The position numbers and the translations under genes were made by a program. DNA of 61,514 bases, the filler included, from Hausera hauseri (Eukaryota), in assembly GCA_046269625.1 (NCBI GenBank). It is 10 parts of 10 records of this genome, joined end to end, with 100 filler letters (N's around TTAATTAATTAA, not from the genome) between each part and the next. Parts side by side here need not be neighbours in the genome. Positions count along the whole stretch, not along the records: positions 14,162 to 23,213 come from JBJURY010476575.1; positions 23,314 to 27,371 come from JBJURY010789091.1; positions 27,472 to 33,005 come from JBJURY010234962.1; 7 more parts are not named here. One strand, given 5' to 3'. The notes beneath the pieces are model-generated. The model saw only the letters and a program-made list of their open reading frames with translations, was not told the origin of the DNA and made no database searches. Positions 14,941-28,333 of this stretch are shown piece after piece; position 1 is the first letter of the stretch; the number at the start of each line of letters is the position of its first letter.

Positions 14941-15378
14941 GTGTTACTACCAGTAATAAAGGTTGTTTTCTATCGGTTTACCACAATTCAACAGTGGTTG
15001 TTTGTCGAATGTAAATCTCGTATTATGGATTTAGATGGAAAAAACGTAATCAAAGTTCGATGCAGTAATCTATATATGCATACAGAATGCGATGTAACAC
15101 ATGAATTTCCAAAAGATATGGTTTTAATCCAAATTGGTACAAATGCATATGAAAAGAAACTAAAGAACAATTGCAGTGATGTAAATGTTAACGATAAAAT
15201 GGACACCGTTACAGTTACTGAGACTTCATATCTACCCTGGCAGAGATATGAATCCAAAGATATTAAAGGTAAAGATGATAAAAATGTTAAAGAATTATTT
15301 AAGAAATATGAGATTAATAATATTGTGTCATCTCATCGAATCAATATAATATCAAAATACATGCAATTAAAGATTTGA
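14941..15378 (+). CDS. Hypothetical ORF, unrecognised
   Basis: 145-aa open frame in AT-rich DNA; no motif recognised. Confidence 0.25.
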   Translation: MLLPVIKVVFYRFTTIQQWLFVECKSRIMDLDGKNVIKVRCSNLYMHTECDVTHEFPKDMVLIQIGTNAYEKKLKNNCSDVNVNDKMDTVTVTETSYLPWQRYESKDIKGKDDKNVKELFKKYEINNIVSSHRINIISKYMQLKI

Positions 15379-16777
15379 AACATGGAACTTTGTCATCTAC
15401 ATCAGTTGGATACTTCGAAGAATACATTTAATTTGTTGGAATCACGATCGTCGTTGTATCGTATAAATCAATTATTCTTTATGATATTATCGCTAATTTT
15501 ATTGGCAAACTACATTGTGGTCAAAGTTTGCGAAGTCGGTTATTATTATAATGATAAGGCCCTTGTAATAATGTAAATTAATAAAATGTTTTATTACAGT
15601 ATATCGATAATTGGCAGAACCTTTATGTAACTTGAATTTTGGTTATAAAACCAGGTTTTTTGCAACTTCGTAAATATTACCCTAATAAATTGAATATACT
15701 TACCATTTATTAAATATGTTAGGCCTTTGAGGTAAGTCATATTCATCCAACGGTGTAACGAACTTATGAAACCGTAAATTGTATCTACATCATCTTAATA
15801 AGAATTGACAATTCAGGTGAATAAACACTTTTATTTTACAACAGGTGATTTATTCTACAGCATATTAGACAAAAATGTCTTGACTGTATTATTTTATTAA
15901 TTTTAATATTTATACAATTTTCGAAAAAAGTCGAACATACACACATAAAATAAATAACTTAATTTGTTTAAATAATGCACGAAGCTTTTCATTCAGTCTA
16001 CTTGTGTCAGTTTGTATTAATTTAGGTTAAACATGCTTACGATATAGATGTGATTTTCTATATTGACTTTCAAGTTACTTAGGCATTTATAATATATTGT
16101 ATGATAACTGCTGAAGTTGTCATAAAAGGCAAAATAAATAAAATAACTTGTTGAAAAATATAATTCTATTTTGACTGAGGCTGTAATTAATCTGGGGAAA
16201 TTAAAATATTAATAACAGTCGAAAATATCATGACTGTCACATTTATAATACAGTAAAGAGCTTATAAGCCTTCTGAACTTTCGTGGAAATTTTCAATAAT
16301 TTTGATCAATAAACTTCATTTACATGAAAATGTATATTTTATTCAATCATCGAATTTAAATGGAATTTATAACAAAGTTGAAACGCTATATATGTCGGTT
16401 AGTATCCATATAATATATAATTTATGCAAGAAGTTTATAAATCAAAATTTTTGCTATATTTCTTTTTGCCATATTAATACATATTGTGTGTTAAATTAAA
16501 ATAAAACACATACATACTAACACCAACGTACCTGTCAAATTTAAAATTTATTTGAAGTTTTAAGAAATAATTTGTTTCTTTGATGATGTAATTCTTTGAA
16601 ATTAAGAAGTTTATTTTGAAAGTCTTTTGTAAAGGTATTGTTTTAGATATAAATCATTGTTAACCGTTAAATTATATAGTAATATCGTTAAATTTTAAGT
16701 ACTGTGGTTCGTTAAGATATTATTTCATTTTTAGATATCTCTGAAAAAATCGAAGGAATAAATAATTCTATGATTTT

Positions 16778-17275
16778 ATGGCTTATCAAAATTTGAATAA
16801 TGTTACTCTCGAGGATTTAAGTCAATATACATCAACAGAAGAGCAAGCTATCAAATGGGCCCAACACATTGGACTTATTTCAAAGAACAAATTATGCGTG
16901 TGCGGAACAGTTATGAAAATGCATCAGAGAAACAGTATAAAAACAAAAGGCACTTTCTTTAGATGTCACACGAACAATTGTCGTCGAGAAATTAGTGTTA
17001 AAACTGGAACAATGTTTGCTGCATCTAAATTGGAAGTACGGATTTGTCTACGAATCCTATATTACTGGGTTTGGAATCGCACTTCCCAAGAAGAAACAAA
17101 ATTCGATCTCAATATAGGAAGTGATCAAACTATTATAAAATGGAAGGAATATTTAAGAGATATTTGTGCAAGATACTTTGTGAGAAATCCGATTAAATTG
17201 GGCGGTGAAGGAAGGATTGTTGAAATTGATCAAAGTGTGCTTGTTGCACGGAAATATCGGTTTTTCGTTGCCTGA
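16778..17275 (+). mobile_element. Merlin (IS1595/ISXO2-like) transposase, 3'-truncated
   Basis: N-terminal C-x-C...C-x4-C zinc ribbon, S.KTGTMF, and KLGGEGRIVEIDQS..RKY (consensus IGG.G..VEIDES..RKY). Confidence 0.85.
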
Positions 17276-17859
17276 AAACTTGTTGATGGCTCAGTTTCCT
17301 GAAGTCGTTCGTATATTCTAAGTGTTTTCTCTTTTATAATTTTTCCATCTATAGGTATTCTCGTTTTCACTAAATCTTCTATCCAAAACACCATAAGTTT
17401 TTCCGTTTTCTCTAAGATAGCATTTCGACTATATGAAGATGTTTTGGAACTGAGTTTCGATCCAGAAATTATTGATTGTCGAATAGAATTCTCATTTTTT
17501 TGATTGTTCTGGTAGTCGCTTCATTTAAACCAAAATCTTTGCCAACAGATATATCTGGTTCTCATATTGGCCCACATAAAAAATGTAAATATGTGTAATA
17601 TTATTTGAATATATTTATGAGGACAAAGTATGTTCAAAAAATCTAAACAGTAAAAATTCTATATTATGTCATTCATGCCTCATTGAAGATTTAAAACGAG
17701 GCCTAAATGAAGCTCAGAAGAATTTTACTTCAGGTTCCCAACGAACTGATGAGAATATTCCTGCGCGAGTCTCGCAAACCGTACAGAATTTTATTAAAAC
17801 AAGAGATCAAACTGAAACATCACATTAATCTCAGAAATACAGAAAACCATCAAAGATTA

Positions 17860-18290
17860 CTTCTTTCTTAATGTCATGAATGTTTAACAATACTGTTATC
17901 GGGAACTTTTGTACACTGTATAACACTCATTCACCTGATGAAAAACACGTATCTCAGCACATTAAATAATGCAGAATCTATTCACTATCCAATCATAACC
18001 AATTCAATTCAATAAGCGAAAAATTTCATTCGTTCCACCAAAAGTACAAGTTCCATCTTATTCTTACAAATGTGAAACGTGTTCCATGAATTTTGTCAAT
18101 GACAAACAGTATCTCATACACTTGCAAGGATCTACGCGTAAACGTACGAAACGAAAACTTCATTTGAGAAATTAGTTGTGGAAAAACGATCCGTCAATTT
18201 TTTGTGATACGTGTCAAATTTCGATTCCTGGACGGTTGATGCAAACTCATCTAAATGATGTTAAACACAAGCATAAGGCAGCATCAAAGA
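17860..18290 (+). pseudogene. Decayed multi-finger matrin/zf-met-type C2H2 zinc-finger gene
   Basis: YKCETCSMNFVNDKQYLIHLQG, FCDTCQISIPGRLMQTHLNDVKHK and a degenerate FCTLYN..QH, with stops and frameshifts. Confidence 0.55.
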
Positions 18291-19521
18291 CACCATTCTT
18301 CGCCAGGTAAAAAGCCAAGAACCGACACTAGTTACTGTGGATTCTGTAAGTAAGATATATCAAACGTTTAATCAGCAGTTAATCATAAGCAATCATCAAA
18401 GCATTCAGTAAACATTTTGAGTTGGAAAAGGAATATATATAAAAAGTCATTTAACGATAAAAAGTTTGCCATTCGCCTTTCCCTCTGCCTGCCAATTCCC
18501 GTTTTGTTGGCGGTCGACTGATCACCTTTTAAAAACAATCAGAGGAAATAATATGATCGTCAGTTCACCCGTAACGAGCAGGTAGGAAAATTCTAATGAT
18601 GAATCTGATCAAGATGAAAATGACGATAAAAACTCAAATCGTGACTTAGTTATTGTTGAAAGTGTCATGTGTTACCAGTTAAATAATAAAATGTCGATTT
18701 TGATTTTAATGAAAACATGGAATCGGTGGAACATGCCAATTTGAATTTGAATGAAATCACTGGAAATACCAGCGGATATGATTCGCTGATTGTCTAAATT
18801 GAACATGAAAGAAAAATAATTAAAACAAATCATGTATACTAGTTTGGCATTCGATATTACTTTGATTTCTTTTCTATTTGAATATTAACAATGTTTGAAA
18901 GATATCCCTTAGAACATTTATCACTGAAGATTCATTCAGGCAAATAATAATCTCTAAGATCTAAGGTCAAAATCAAATTTTATTTTGGACAAAACGATAT
19001 CATTTGGTCATTGCTGGAATTATCATCGTTGTTTCATTGCTCTGCACAAATCTTCCGGTTTTTCTAACATCTTTGGAACATGCGCAGTGGTTGTCAAAAA
19101 AGATTGGACGTTACTTCAAAATAATCAATTTCAAAGAAATCAGAAAGCTTATCCACCATCTGACCTATTATTTTATAACATCGTCGACAACTCAATCAGC
19201 AGAGAGTTGATCGAATCAAAAGGATTGTTTCTTTCAAAAGTTCTGATTACTATGTAGGTTACTATAGAAATTGTCGTTAAATGTTGATCAAATTTAATGA
19301 AACTTAATGTAATAAATATTACTAATATTTAGTTAAAAAATGAAGTTGTATACAGATACTATTATAATAGCTGTACTAATAATTATTAATTGATGCTTCT
19401 CTACACTTATAATTTTAGCATTTTCAAATTTCGGGGAGGGGTTTGGATTTATCCCCCAAATCCCACTTGGGTACGTAACTAGTTATGGAGATATACTGTC
19501 CAATTCTAAAACTATTGAATA

Positions 19522-19746
19522 CAGGCCTAATGTTGTGACACATTTTGATACGTAATATATACATTAACTTTAAATTTATTTACTTTCCCGTTTATTTAAA
19601 CCACTAACTTGAGAAAACATTTTTGAGGTTTATATAGCTAGAGGTAGCAAATATTTAATTAACAACCTTTGTTTTAAACGGGAAATTTAATAAATATATA
19701 ATAATCTATATAATATTCATCAAGATGCGTCACAACATTTACCCTG
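19522..19746. mobile_element. Tc1/mariner-type MITE
   Basis: Imperfect TIRs TA|CAGGCCTAATGTTGTGACACATTTTGAT ... ATCAAGATGCGTCACAACATTTACCCTG. Confidence 0.7.
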
Positions 19747-20494
19747 CGTTTGAAAATTTTCTAATAGTAATAATATGCAAATTATAGTATCTTATATTGC
19801 ATTAGGTAGAAACGGAGTAATTTAGTAATTTAAAATAAACACAATCTTGAACGTAAAGCTTAAAAAGGTATGCATTGTAACTTGCGAAACAGTACAAAGA
19901 GTTTTATTCAATGCATAAATTGCAACATTAAATCACTTTATACGCTTTTCTTTCAGCTTCACAATGATAAAATGACTTTTAGACACTGTTGTTTCGTTAA
20001 CGTAAAATTTCCAAAATTAGTGTTTATCACGTTCCAGAAATTGTGGAGAACTTTTGCCAAATCGGACACAATTTAGATTTATTAGTTCTCAAAAGTTAAG
20101 GTTTGAAAAATATTTTTCGTTTTCTCGAAATCAAGAAAATTCACATTCATAGGCTAAATTGAATTACTTGATGAAATACTCATTTAACAGATTCGCCTTA
20201 GTTAATTTAGTCAAATTTATAGAAATTAATTTGTTTAAATTTGTAGATCATGAAGTTGACAAACAATTCAAATTTGCGTGGAAGTGTATTTTCTAGGATT
20301 TTGAATGAAAATAATGGTATTTTTATCTTCATTTGAAATTTTTATTTATCTTATTGAGTAAGAGTCACGATAAGTTCTATGGCTTGTGGTGCTTATTTAC
20401 TCAAAAATTAAATCTAGTTAGTAGACGGTAATGAAGGAACTTGTTTACTACAAAAACTAGTACATTTACGTTTTGGTAATTATTTATCTAATTT

Positions 20495-21178
20495 TTGTGT
20501 GGAGTCGCCATATGGACAGTATTATTATTTATTGCTTTTTATAAATTCCTCACATTTTTATTAATTTTGTTGACTAAGAATCACAATAAACCATGGCTTG
20601 TCGACGGTACTAAGGAAGCTTTATTGCTAAAGAATAGAAATTCAGGCGAAGAAAAGCAAAACAAGATTGTGAATAAAGTAGAAACTGTTAATGCAGAAAA
20701 AATTAGTAAGAAATTTACATATATCATCGAAGATCCATTGAAAATGAAATTGGGTAATAAGTCATAAAATGTTTTTGTAGAAATATTCTTATATAGACGA
20801 CAGGGAAATGTATATAAATCAACTGCAGAGCATTTATGCCAGAAATACTGTTTATATTCCATCGTTCTGTGGCGTTGATGGTTTAAAAGATAATTACGAA
20901 ATTATGGTATTTTTGTTGTGCTATATGTTTTCTCAATTTTCGGTTATAATTAGATGCGACAACAAATTCAGAGTTCATTCAAAACTGATGCCCAGGAATA
21001 TCGACAGGCGCTTTCGTTTTATCGTAAAGCATTACGAAATCATCCTATTTGTCCAGTTTTTAAAGATTACTCAATTAAACCAAAGGAACGCGGAATAGAA
21101 GACGCATATGCAATGCACAGCAAGTTGTTTAAATTTTCAGTAATTACATTAGATACCAATTGTACGTGCGTATTTTGA
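20495..21178 (+). pseudogene. Spliced gene of unknown function with an N-terminal hydrophobic segment; 5' end probably degenerate
   Basis: Three ORF pieces joined in phase by GT-AG introns at about 20753-20795 and 20907-20953. No family recognised. Confidence 0.35.
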
Positions 21179-21835
21179 ATTGAGAAAAATTTGGTTGAAA
21201 GTTTCAGGTCTTTCACAGTTCCCAATTTAGCAATTTTCCTTTTCATTTAGTAAGATTTAGAGTTGGTTAAATGTCAAGAAATATTTACCATGAGATTACC
21301 AAAGAAATTAATCTGAAACTTCCTGATATCAATTTTGATTCGGATTCTGATTCATTAAATGACGGTGAAGTGAGTAAATGTATTTGTTGTCGATTCATGA
21401 CTTTTCTTATAATCTTAATTTTAATTTTCTTTGTTAAATATTTTGTCAGTTGAGAATTTCTAAATATATAAATATAATGGATTGGTAAATTGGTAAAAAT
21501 ATTTCAGGCGATTGTTAAACGAAATTAACAATTGGAATATTAATTTTGCCGAAATTGTCCATTGAATTTTGGAATATTTTAAAGACTTAACTCAATTATG
21601 TAGTAATTATAAAAATTTAGTATAATGACAATAAAAAGTAAATTAAATTTAATAATTAATGTTTTGACAAATTTTAATGGTTCTTTATGACGAAAATATT
21701 TTAATTATATTTCAAATTGAGAATAATACAAACTCAATGTTGTGAATATTCGAGTTTTTAAATAAACTGTCGGATAATTTTTATTATTAATATTCAATGA
21801 CCTTTTTTCATGTCCTATTTCGGAGTTGTTTGTAT

Positions 21836-22895
21836 GGGGTAAATATTTCAGTTGATTTAGAATGCGATTTTATCAGGATTTATTAAACAATAACAATTCA
21901 GAATTTGGTATAAAGCATAGTAAACTATAATTTTCATAGGATTCTCTGACAAGGGGTAAATATTTCAGTCTATATAACTCATTCGCCTTAGTTCTATTCA
22001 TTTTGTTTTAAACTATTTTCTTCTGCAACCCTTACAGTATTCAATAATTTAATTTAAATTAATTGGTTTATGATTTTTTATTTAACTTGAATGTTCATTT
22101 ACCGTATGAGTGAAAGTTTTGAAATAATTGTATATCTTGGGTAAATATTTCATTCCATAACACTGGTTAAAAGTGTTCTGTTGTGTATTGTTTCATTCTG
22201 TGTTTTCTACAATTTTTGAAACAACTACTAAGTCATTGGAAATTTTACAATAAATTGTTTATTTGGTAGTTTATAAAGCCTTGTAATATTTACCCCACAT
22301 GAGACTAATTGTGGATTTTATGGGAGTTAATATGTCGTTAAATGTAAAATCCTGTGTAAATTTCTTTAGTACAAAGTTGCTCATAAATGCAATTTATGTT
22401 TCATGCATTATAAAAAGATTTTTGATAGGGTTCTCTGAAAAGGGGTAAATATTTCATTCTGTATTACTGAATTATATTAGTTCTACACATTTCGTTTTTT
22501 TTACTATTTGTAAAAAAAAACAATATATGTATATTTTCCAGTATTCAATAATTCATTTGAAATTAACAATTAATTGTTTTTTTGGCTTTTTACTAAGCTA
22601 TACCTTTCATGTACCCATGGAAAAGAAATTTTTGTAATAATTGTATATTTGGGGTAAATATTTCACTCTACAGCACCCTGGTGTATTGATTCATTCTGTG
22701 TTTTGTACATCTTTAAAAACAAATACTATTTAATTGTTTCATTGGTAGTTTATACAGCCTTGTAATATTTACCCCAGATGAAACTCATTTTAGACTATGC
22801 GGAATTAATATTTCGTTGAATACGAAATTCTGCGTAAAAGTTTTTAGTATAAAACTGTCCATAAATTCAGTTTATTTCAATTTATGTTTCATACA
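21836..22895. repeat. Diverged tandem duplication of a ~490-bp unit rich in GGGGTAAATATTTCA motifs
   Basis: Motif at 21836, 21953, 22138, 22442 and 22651; inverted variants at 22282 and 22761. Offsets between paired copies are 479-513 bp. Confidence 0.85.
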
Positions 22896-23313
22896 TTTTT
22901 AATATGCGCAACAGTTTACTGAAATCCATAATTAAATTGATCAGAGGAACCGGTCCTCCAAGAAGTCCGTGCAGTAGGGGTGCGTGAGCCTCCCTATCAA
23001 CAGGGGCAAAGAATCAGTTTTATGAGTCCGTCATGACCAAGGCAGTAGCGTTAGATGCCACGGGAATCACAAGCATGTCAATATCGTAGAGTTGGTCCAC
23101 AGATGTGACTTTGACTCTACCTATGTAAGGTGTTTTAAGAACAATATCTCCGTCTCGCAGAGGATTCCATAAAGAAGAAAACTATGACGAAGCATTCCAG
23201 TACTATTATCAGGNNNNNNNNNNNNNNNNNNNNNNNNNNNNNNNNNNNNNNNNNNNNTTAATTAATTAANNNNNNNNNNNNNNNNNNNNNNNNNNNNNNN
23301 NNNNNNNNNNNNN

Positions 23314-23580
23314 TAATTCTCGAAGTTAAGTCTAGCGAGATACAAACTGTCCTGCTAGGGTCGCCAAATGTTATAATTGCGAGGGACACTATACAACTTC
23401 AGATTAACAGTAAATTGCGTTCTAATTTTCGATATAATTTGGTGCAGGTAAGGTTTTATCGTTCTCCATAAAACAGACTGTACCTTACTTATCTTTAAGA
23501 AATTTAAATTGAGAACAGGGGTACTGCTTGTGGTCCTGTGCTTAATTTAATCAGGTCTCCTCTTAACTATATAAGTTGCA
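23314..23580 (-). mobile_element. LTR 3' part, tRNA-Arg-type PBS and leader
   Basis: Minus strand reads ...TATAACA-TT-TGGCGACCCTAGCAGG (PBS 23351-23366). TATA-like TATATAG near 23570. Confidence 0.7.
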
Positions 23581-23649
23581 GTATATTTTAGGAACCTAGG
23601 GACATCAAATCGTTCTTAAAATACGATTTTTTTGCCAAATAATATGACT

Positions 23650-24000
23650 TACAGATAGCCATTTATCCTATTCACAACGTGTGGTTTTATCTGCAGTTGC
23701 AACAAATTTGCTCTGGGTACAACAAACTGAACGGTTTTAAATGTTTCACTAGCGTGCCACTGTCCACTTTCATCCAGTAGATCAAATCGCTTAAAAACGG
23801 ATCTCCTTCCAAGGTTTTGATATAGTCTTCTAGGAAATGAATTTTCTAAGATGATGGGGTGAATGTGGGCCCGATAAATGTTAATTTCTTCCATTTCTTA
23901 TCGTACTTTATGTACTGGCAATTTGTAGTAGCACCACAACATAAACGAGTAGCATTTGGTATTATACAACTTGGTACGTCTTTGTTCTTCTCCCACAACA
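23650..24000 (-). mobile_element. Decayed Tc1/mariner-like transposase remnant
   Basis: GRRTK..PNAT..KKWKKL..DPFLSDLIYW, a weak match to the Tc1 HTH-to-first-Asp region; many stops. Confidence 0.3.
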
Positions 24001-24228
24001 GCGTATAGCCTCATAAAATTTTCTATTTTTGCAGCATCTCCGCAATGATTATGATCTCTCACTATGATATTCCATATATCAGAGATTGTAATGTAATGAC
24101 TAATAATTAATGAACATTGAATTAATCAACAATGGACTAAGTAAACAATAATAGATTAACAATAAAATAATTGTTGATCAATTAAATAAAACATTGGGTT
24201 GTGAATTTTCTGAAATCCTTATATTTAG

Positions 24229-24398
24229 AGGAATTTTGTTCATTGGAACCTGCAACTGGTCGATGTAGGGCATACTTCGAAAGATACTATTTCGATAAAT
24301 CAACCGAACAATGCAAGACATTTGTATATGGAGGTTGTGGCGGTAACAAGAACAATTTTAAAACGTTTGATGATTGCCAATCGGCTTGTAATGAGTGA
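24229..24398 (+). CDS. Kunitz/BPTI serine-protease-inhibitor domain, terminal exon
   Basis: FCSLEPATGRCRAYFERYYFD..CKTFVYGGCGGNKNNF..DDCQSAC with all six Cys and P1 = Arg. Acceptor AG at 24227-24228; AATAAA about 20 nt after the stop. Confidence 0.9.
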
Positions 24399-27081
24399 TC
24401 AACCAATTTGTTTTATTAAATAAATTATTGTATTTTATTTATTCATTTCGCAATGTTTGTAACATGGCAAGGTATAACAAGTGTCATGATTATGGGGGTG
24501 ATATTGAATAAGGGTAAGAAAATAGTTGATTAATCGAAATTTTTCGTGAATAAATTTCGTAACTACTATTAACCGTCTGGCATGCAATTATCAAATAACT
24601 GCTATTGATATTTGTCCATATAAAGAAAACGATATAATATAATAATATTACAGTATTTTGTTGAAAATGCAATTAATATTACCGAACTTCTGCCACACGT
24701 CTTTGTTTTGACACTGGAAACAAAGACGTCCTTGAGACGTTGTTACAGATTTTGGACGTCATTGCACGTCAACGGATTAAACAATTCTTATTAGAGAATT
24801 GGAAAAATGGGAGTTCTGGCGCAGCTACCCTTCCCCATCCCTCATTTAATTAAATTGATACGTTTAAACAAAAGTCAACTTTTGTACTTGTCTTATCCCC
24901 GATTGGGTGAATCCGGAATTAATACTTATTCGCGAAAGAAGTAACCAGTTTCTGGCAAAAGAAATGAAGTGTCCAAAGGTATGAATTCAAACCATACAAG
25001 CAAAACTAGATCAAATGCTGAACACCTAAGATGAGTGTGTAAAACGAGGACGATATGTAGTTTGTGACAGAAGAAGGAGAAACTTCAGCTTAGATTTATT
25101 TTGTCTAACAAAACATGATAACTACATATTACGCTATATGGCTGTGTACTTGTAGAATTGATATATATGTTTGTATGTTATGCTGTATCAATAAACTGTT
25201 CAATGTTCCAAAGACTACATGAATACTAACCAATTACATCATCAGAATTAAACAATTAAATTAATTACATCGATTCATTACAGAGGAACATGGGGTTACA
25301 AAAAGTCATAACATTATACACACATTTGACCACCTTATAGATAAATATTGACATAATTGCTTAGCACTTGTACAGAATCCTCCTGTTATACAAAGTTATT
25401 CAACAATATAAAAAAGCGTTTCTCAAAGTTCGTTTCTGACAATTATTACATCAATCCAAACTCCAAATTGGACCGGTGTTATATGACTCATCTGCAACCA
25501 TCAAAATGTCTGTGCTTATTCGGCCAGAAATGTAATAAAAATATTTGCTACGTTTGGTATGCATCTAAAATTAGTGATTGATGATCTTCTCGTCCATTTG
25601 GGTTTCTAACTTGACCAATAACCATTGAACTTTGATCAAATACTGGATCCATTATTCTGATGACTAATCACCAATTTCCATTATCCGCATTTTATTACAT
25701 ATTATACAGAGGAATCAATATAAATTATTGAACATATCAAATTATTATCTTACAAACTTTATTACTAAGACAGTCAGACAATACAGGATATTTATATATG
25801 GTGGTTATGAAATTACAGAAGTTCAAAATGAATGCCAAATTCCGTTGAAAGGGGCTGCTCTTATCTATTTAAAAGCCCTTATGTTGAAGGCAATAAACTC
25901 GTACGCATTTGTTTTCAACATATTCACTAAAAATAACAACAACCTTCAGTTTAAAACTCTTATTTGTCATTATGGCTATTTCGTAACTCCAATCAAATAT
26001 GGTAAAATGTGATTGAGACCAAATAAATGAGTATAAATTACAGAAAAATCCAGTTGAAGTCCAAGAACGCCATGAAACATTTACCGTTGTTCGTAATTTC
26101 TGTAATTTGTCTTGTGCAAATAACTAATGGCTGGGGTAAGAAATTATTTTGATTTGTAAATTGCAATGATAATGTTGAATCGGGGTTTGATAAAGTGAAA
26201 TATAGTGAATTTTGTGTAGAGTTTACTATTGTGGGGTAAATTGAACATTTAGTTGTTAGAACCAAAACGGACCACCTGCAAAGGAGCATTTACGAAATGC
26301 GGTAATTCATTAATGCAGACAAAAAGTGCGCATTGTATACGTTCCCAGTGTTTCGTAACAAATCTTACATTTAAAACCATATTATTTCATTGAATGTAAC
26401 ACGGTCGCGTATACAATGCGTTCTTTTTGATTTCAATTAAAATCGAACCTTCATCTTCCAACAATTATTGAAGGAAATATAACATTTTGAAATTTGAATT
26501 TTTCCACATATCACTGAATTACCGCTGCTAGAATTTTTATCTTATCATTATTAACTTTCAGACAACGGTTTCATTAAATTTGGCCTGGGATAGAATAGAA
26601 ATGTTCCTTTGATGATATTCTTTAAATCAGTCGATTTTCAAGGTCATTTCAAGGTGAATTTTGTATTCACCGAATTTTTCTACGTGGATTACGAGAGAAA
26701 TTATTGTTTAGAGTTAGGCAGATTGAATGAAACTTACTGTAAAACATTTTTCACGTGATTTTGAATGATAATCGATGAAATTAATATTGTTTAACTGGTG
26801 AAGTCAACGTTAATAAAAATTAGAAAAAACTCTATCAATGTTTAAATCTATAGTATTCAAATTAGCTTTGGCCAATGAACGTTTATCGATAATCTTATTT
26901 TCACTATAACTTATTTCTTGTTTCACGCTGATTGAAATTTCCCTTGTCGTTTTAAGAAAGATGTATGTCTCTCAATATTCGTTCTCTTCTAAGCTAATTT
27001 ACTCATTGGGTTTTCTTATATTCCAAATTTGAAAATTCCCAATACTACATTTCAATTACTTGATGCCGGTATGTAATTATT

Positions 27082-27371
27082 TAATTCTCGAAGTTAAGTC
27101 TAGCGAGGTACAAATTGTCCTGCTAGGGTCGCCAAATGTTACATATTGGGGTGGTCCTTACACAATCTCCCTCTATATAACAATAGTTTTAGTAAATTTA
27201 GTTTGAATTATATGAAGGTACGGTCTATCGTTCTCGAATAGACTGTTTATACCTTAATTATAGATTATTTTCCTTTTATAAAGACGATTGCTGTTAACAT
27301 TGTGTTAATATATCTTGTAATTGTTATTCTTCACTTTTTGATAAACAAACGTTAAATACATAGTTTAAATA
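27082..27371 (-). mobile_element. LTR (truncated by spacer), tRNA-Arg-type PBS and leader
   Basis: ...ATGTAACA-TT-TGGCGACCCTAGCAGG (PBS 27119-27134). The 60-nt leader/PBS block is nearly identical to 23314-23373. Confidence 0.75.
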
Positions 27372-28333
27372 NNNNNNNNNNNNNNNNNNNNNNNNNNNNN
27401 NNNNNNNNNNNNNNNTTAATTAATTAANNNNNNNNNNNNNNNNNNNNNNNNNNNNNNNNNNNNNNNNNNNNTGAAATATTTATTACCAACAACAGACTGT
27501 ACATTGAGTCTTACTTCCTATACAGGCTTGGCAGATTGTCTACATTTCTAATTTGCAATCTCGCGTGTACTGTTTTGCATTTTCCGTTTAACTGGTAGCC
27601 GTTGTTTATCGGTGGAAGTTGTTGGAATATTTTGATCACTTGCAAATTGTTTAGCCATATTAGTCATTTCTGTATGTTGTTGGAGTATTGCTTTTTTGGG
27701 TTTGGTGAACATATTTAGGTGATGTCCGTGGCGGTTTCGAAATTCAGGGAAATTTTGATGTGATAATATTTCACATGAGGGGCATATGAAAAATTGGGAT
27801 CCACTGTACCGCACTGCATAATATTTGGATATTTAATAAAACTATGCCCGAAAGTTAATAACGCTGAGAAAAAAATTATGAATACTTCTGGTTGCAGCAT
27901 CTCATTCATGTGCTAAAATTCAAATTTAAGTGTGAAAAATTATAAAATAATTGATGTTAGTTTATCAATTTAATTTTTAAATCTGGAAATGTTCAATACT
28001 CATCAGATAAAAAGCACGCATTATAAACGTTCATAATGTCACATAACAGTTGCTGTAAAGTATATAATTTCATTGAATGTAGCACCTTGAATATGAGTAA
28101 ATCTGAATTTTAATTGTTGCATAGTTAATTAATTGAATTATTTATTGAAAATTCTATTAATTTAATTTTAATAGACTATTAAGATAATTCATTTGCCTGA
28201 ACATGATGTAATAGAAAACGATTTTATTTCATCATTCAAGATAATTTATCCTAATAATTACGTATCAAACAGATAATGTCAAGAATCGGTGTTATCTTTC
28301 AGCAGAAGTTAATAAATAAAACGAACATCATAA

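Noticed and set aside
17746-17782. Hammerhead-like CTGATGAG...CTCGCAAA
   Set aside because: The GAAA core is disrupted and no stems I or III were found.
24643-24682. Two TAATATTAC geminivirus-type nonanucleotides
   Set aside because: No flanking stem, on a different contig from the Rep, and expected by chance in AT-rich DNA.
25357-26289. Short ORFs as genes or MULE/piggyBac remnants
   Set aside because: No motif could be recognised with confidence.
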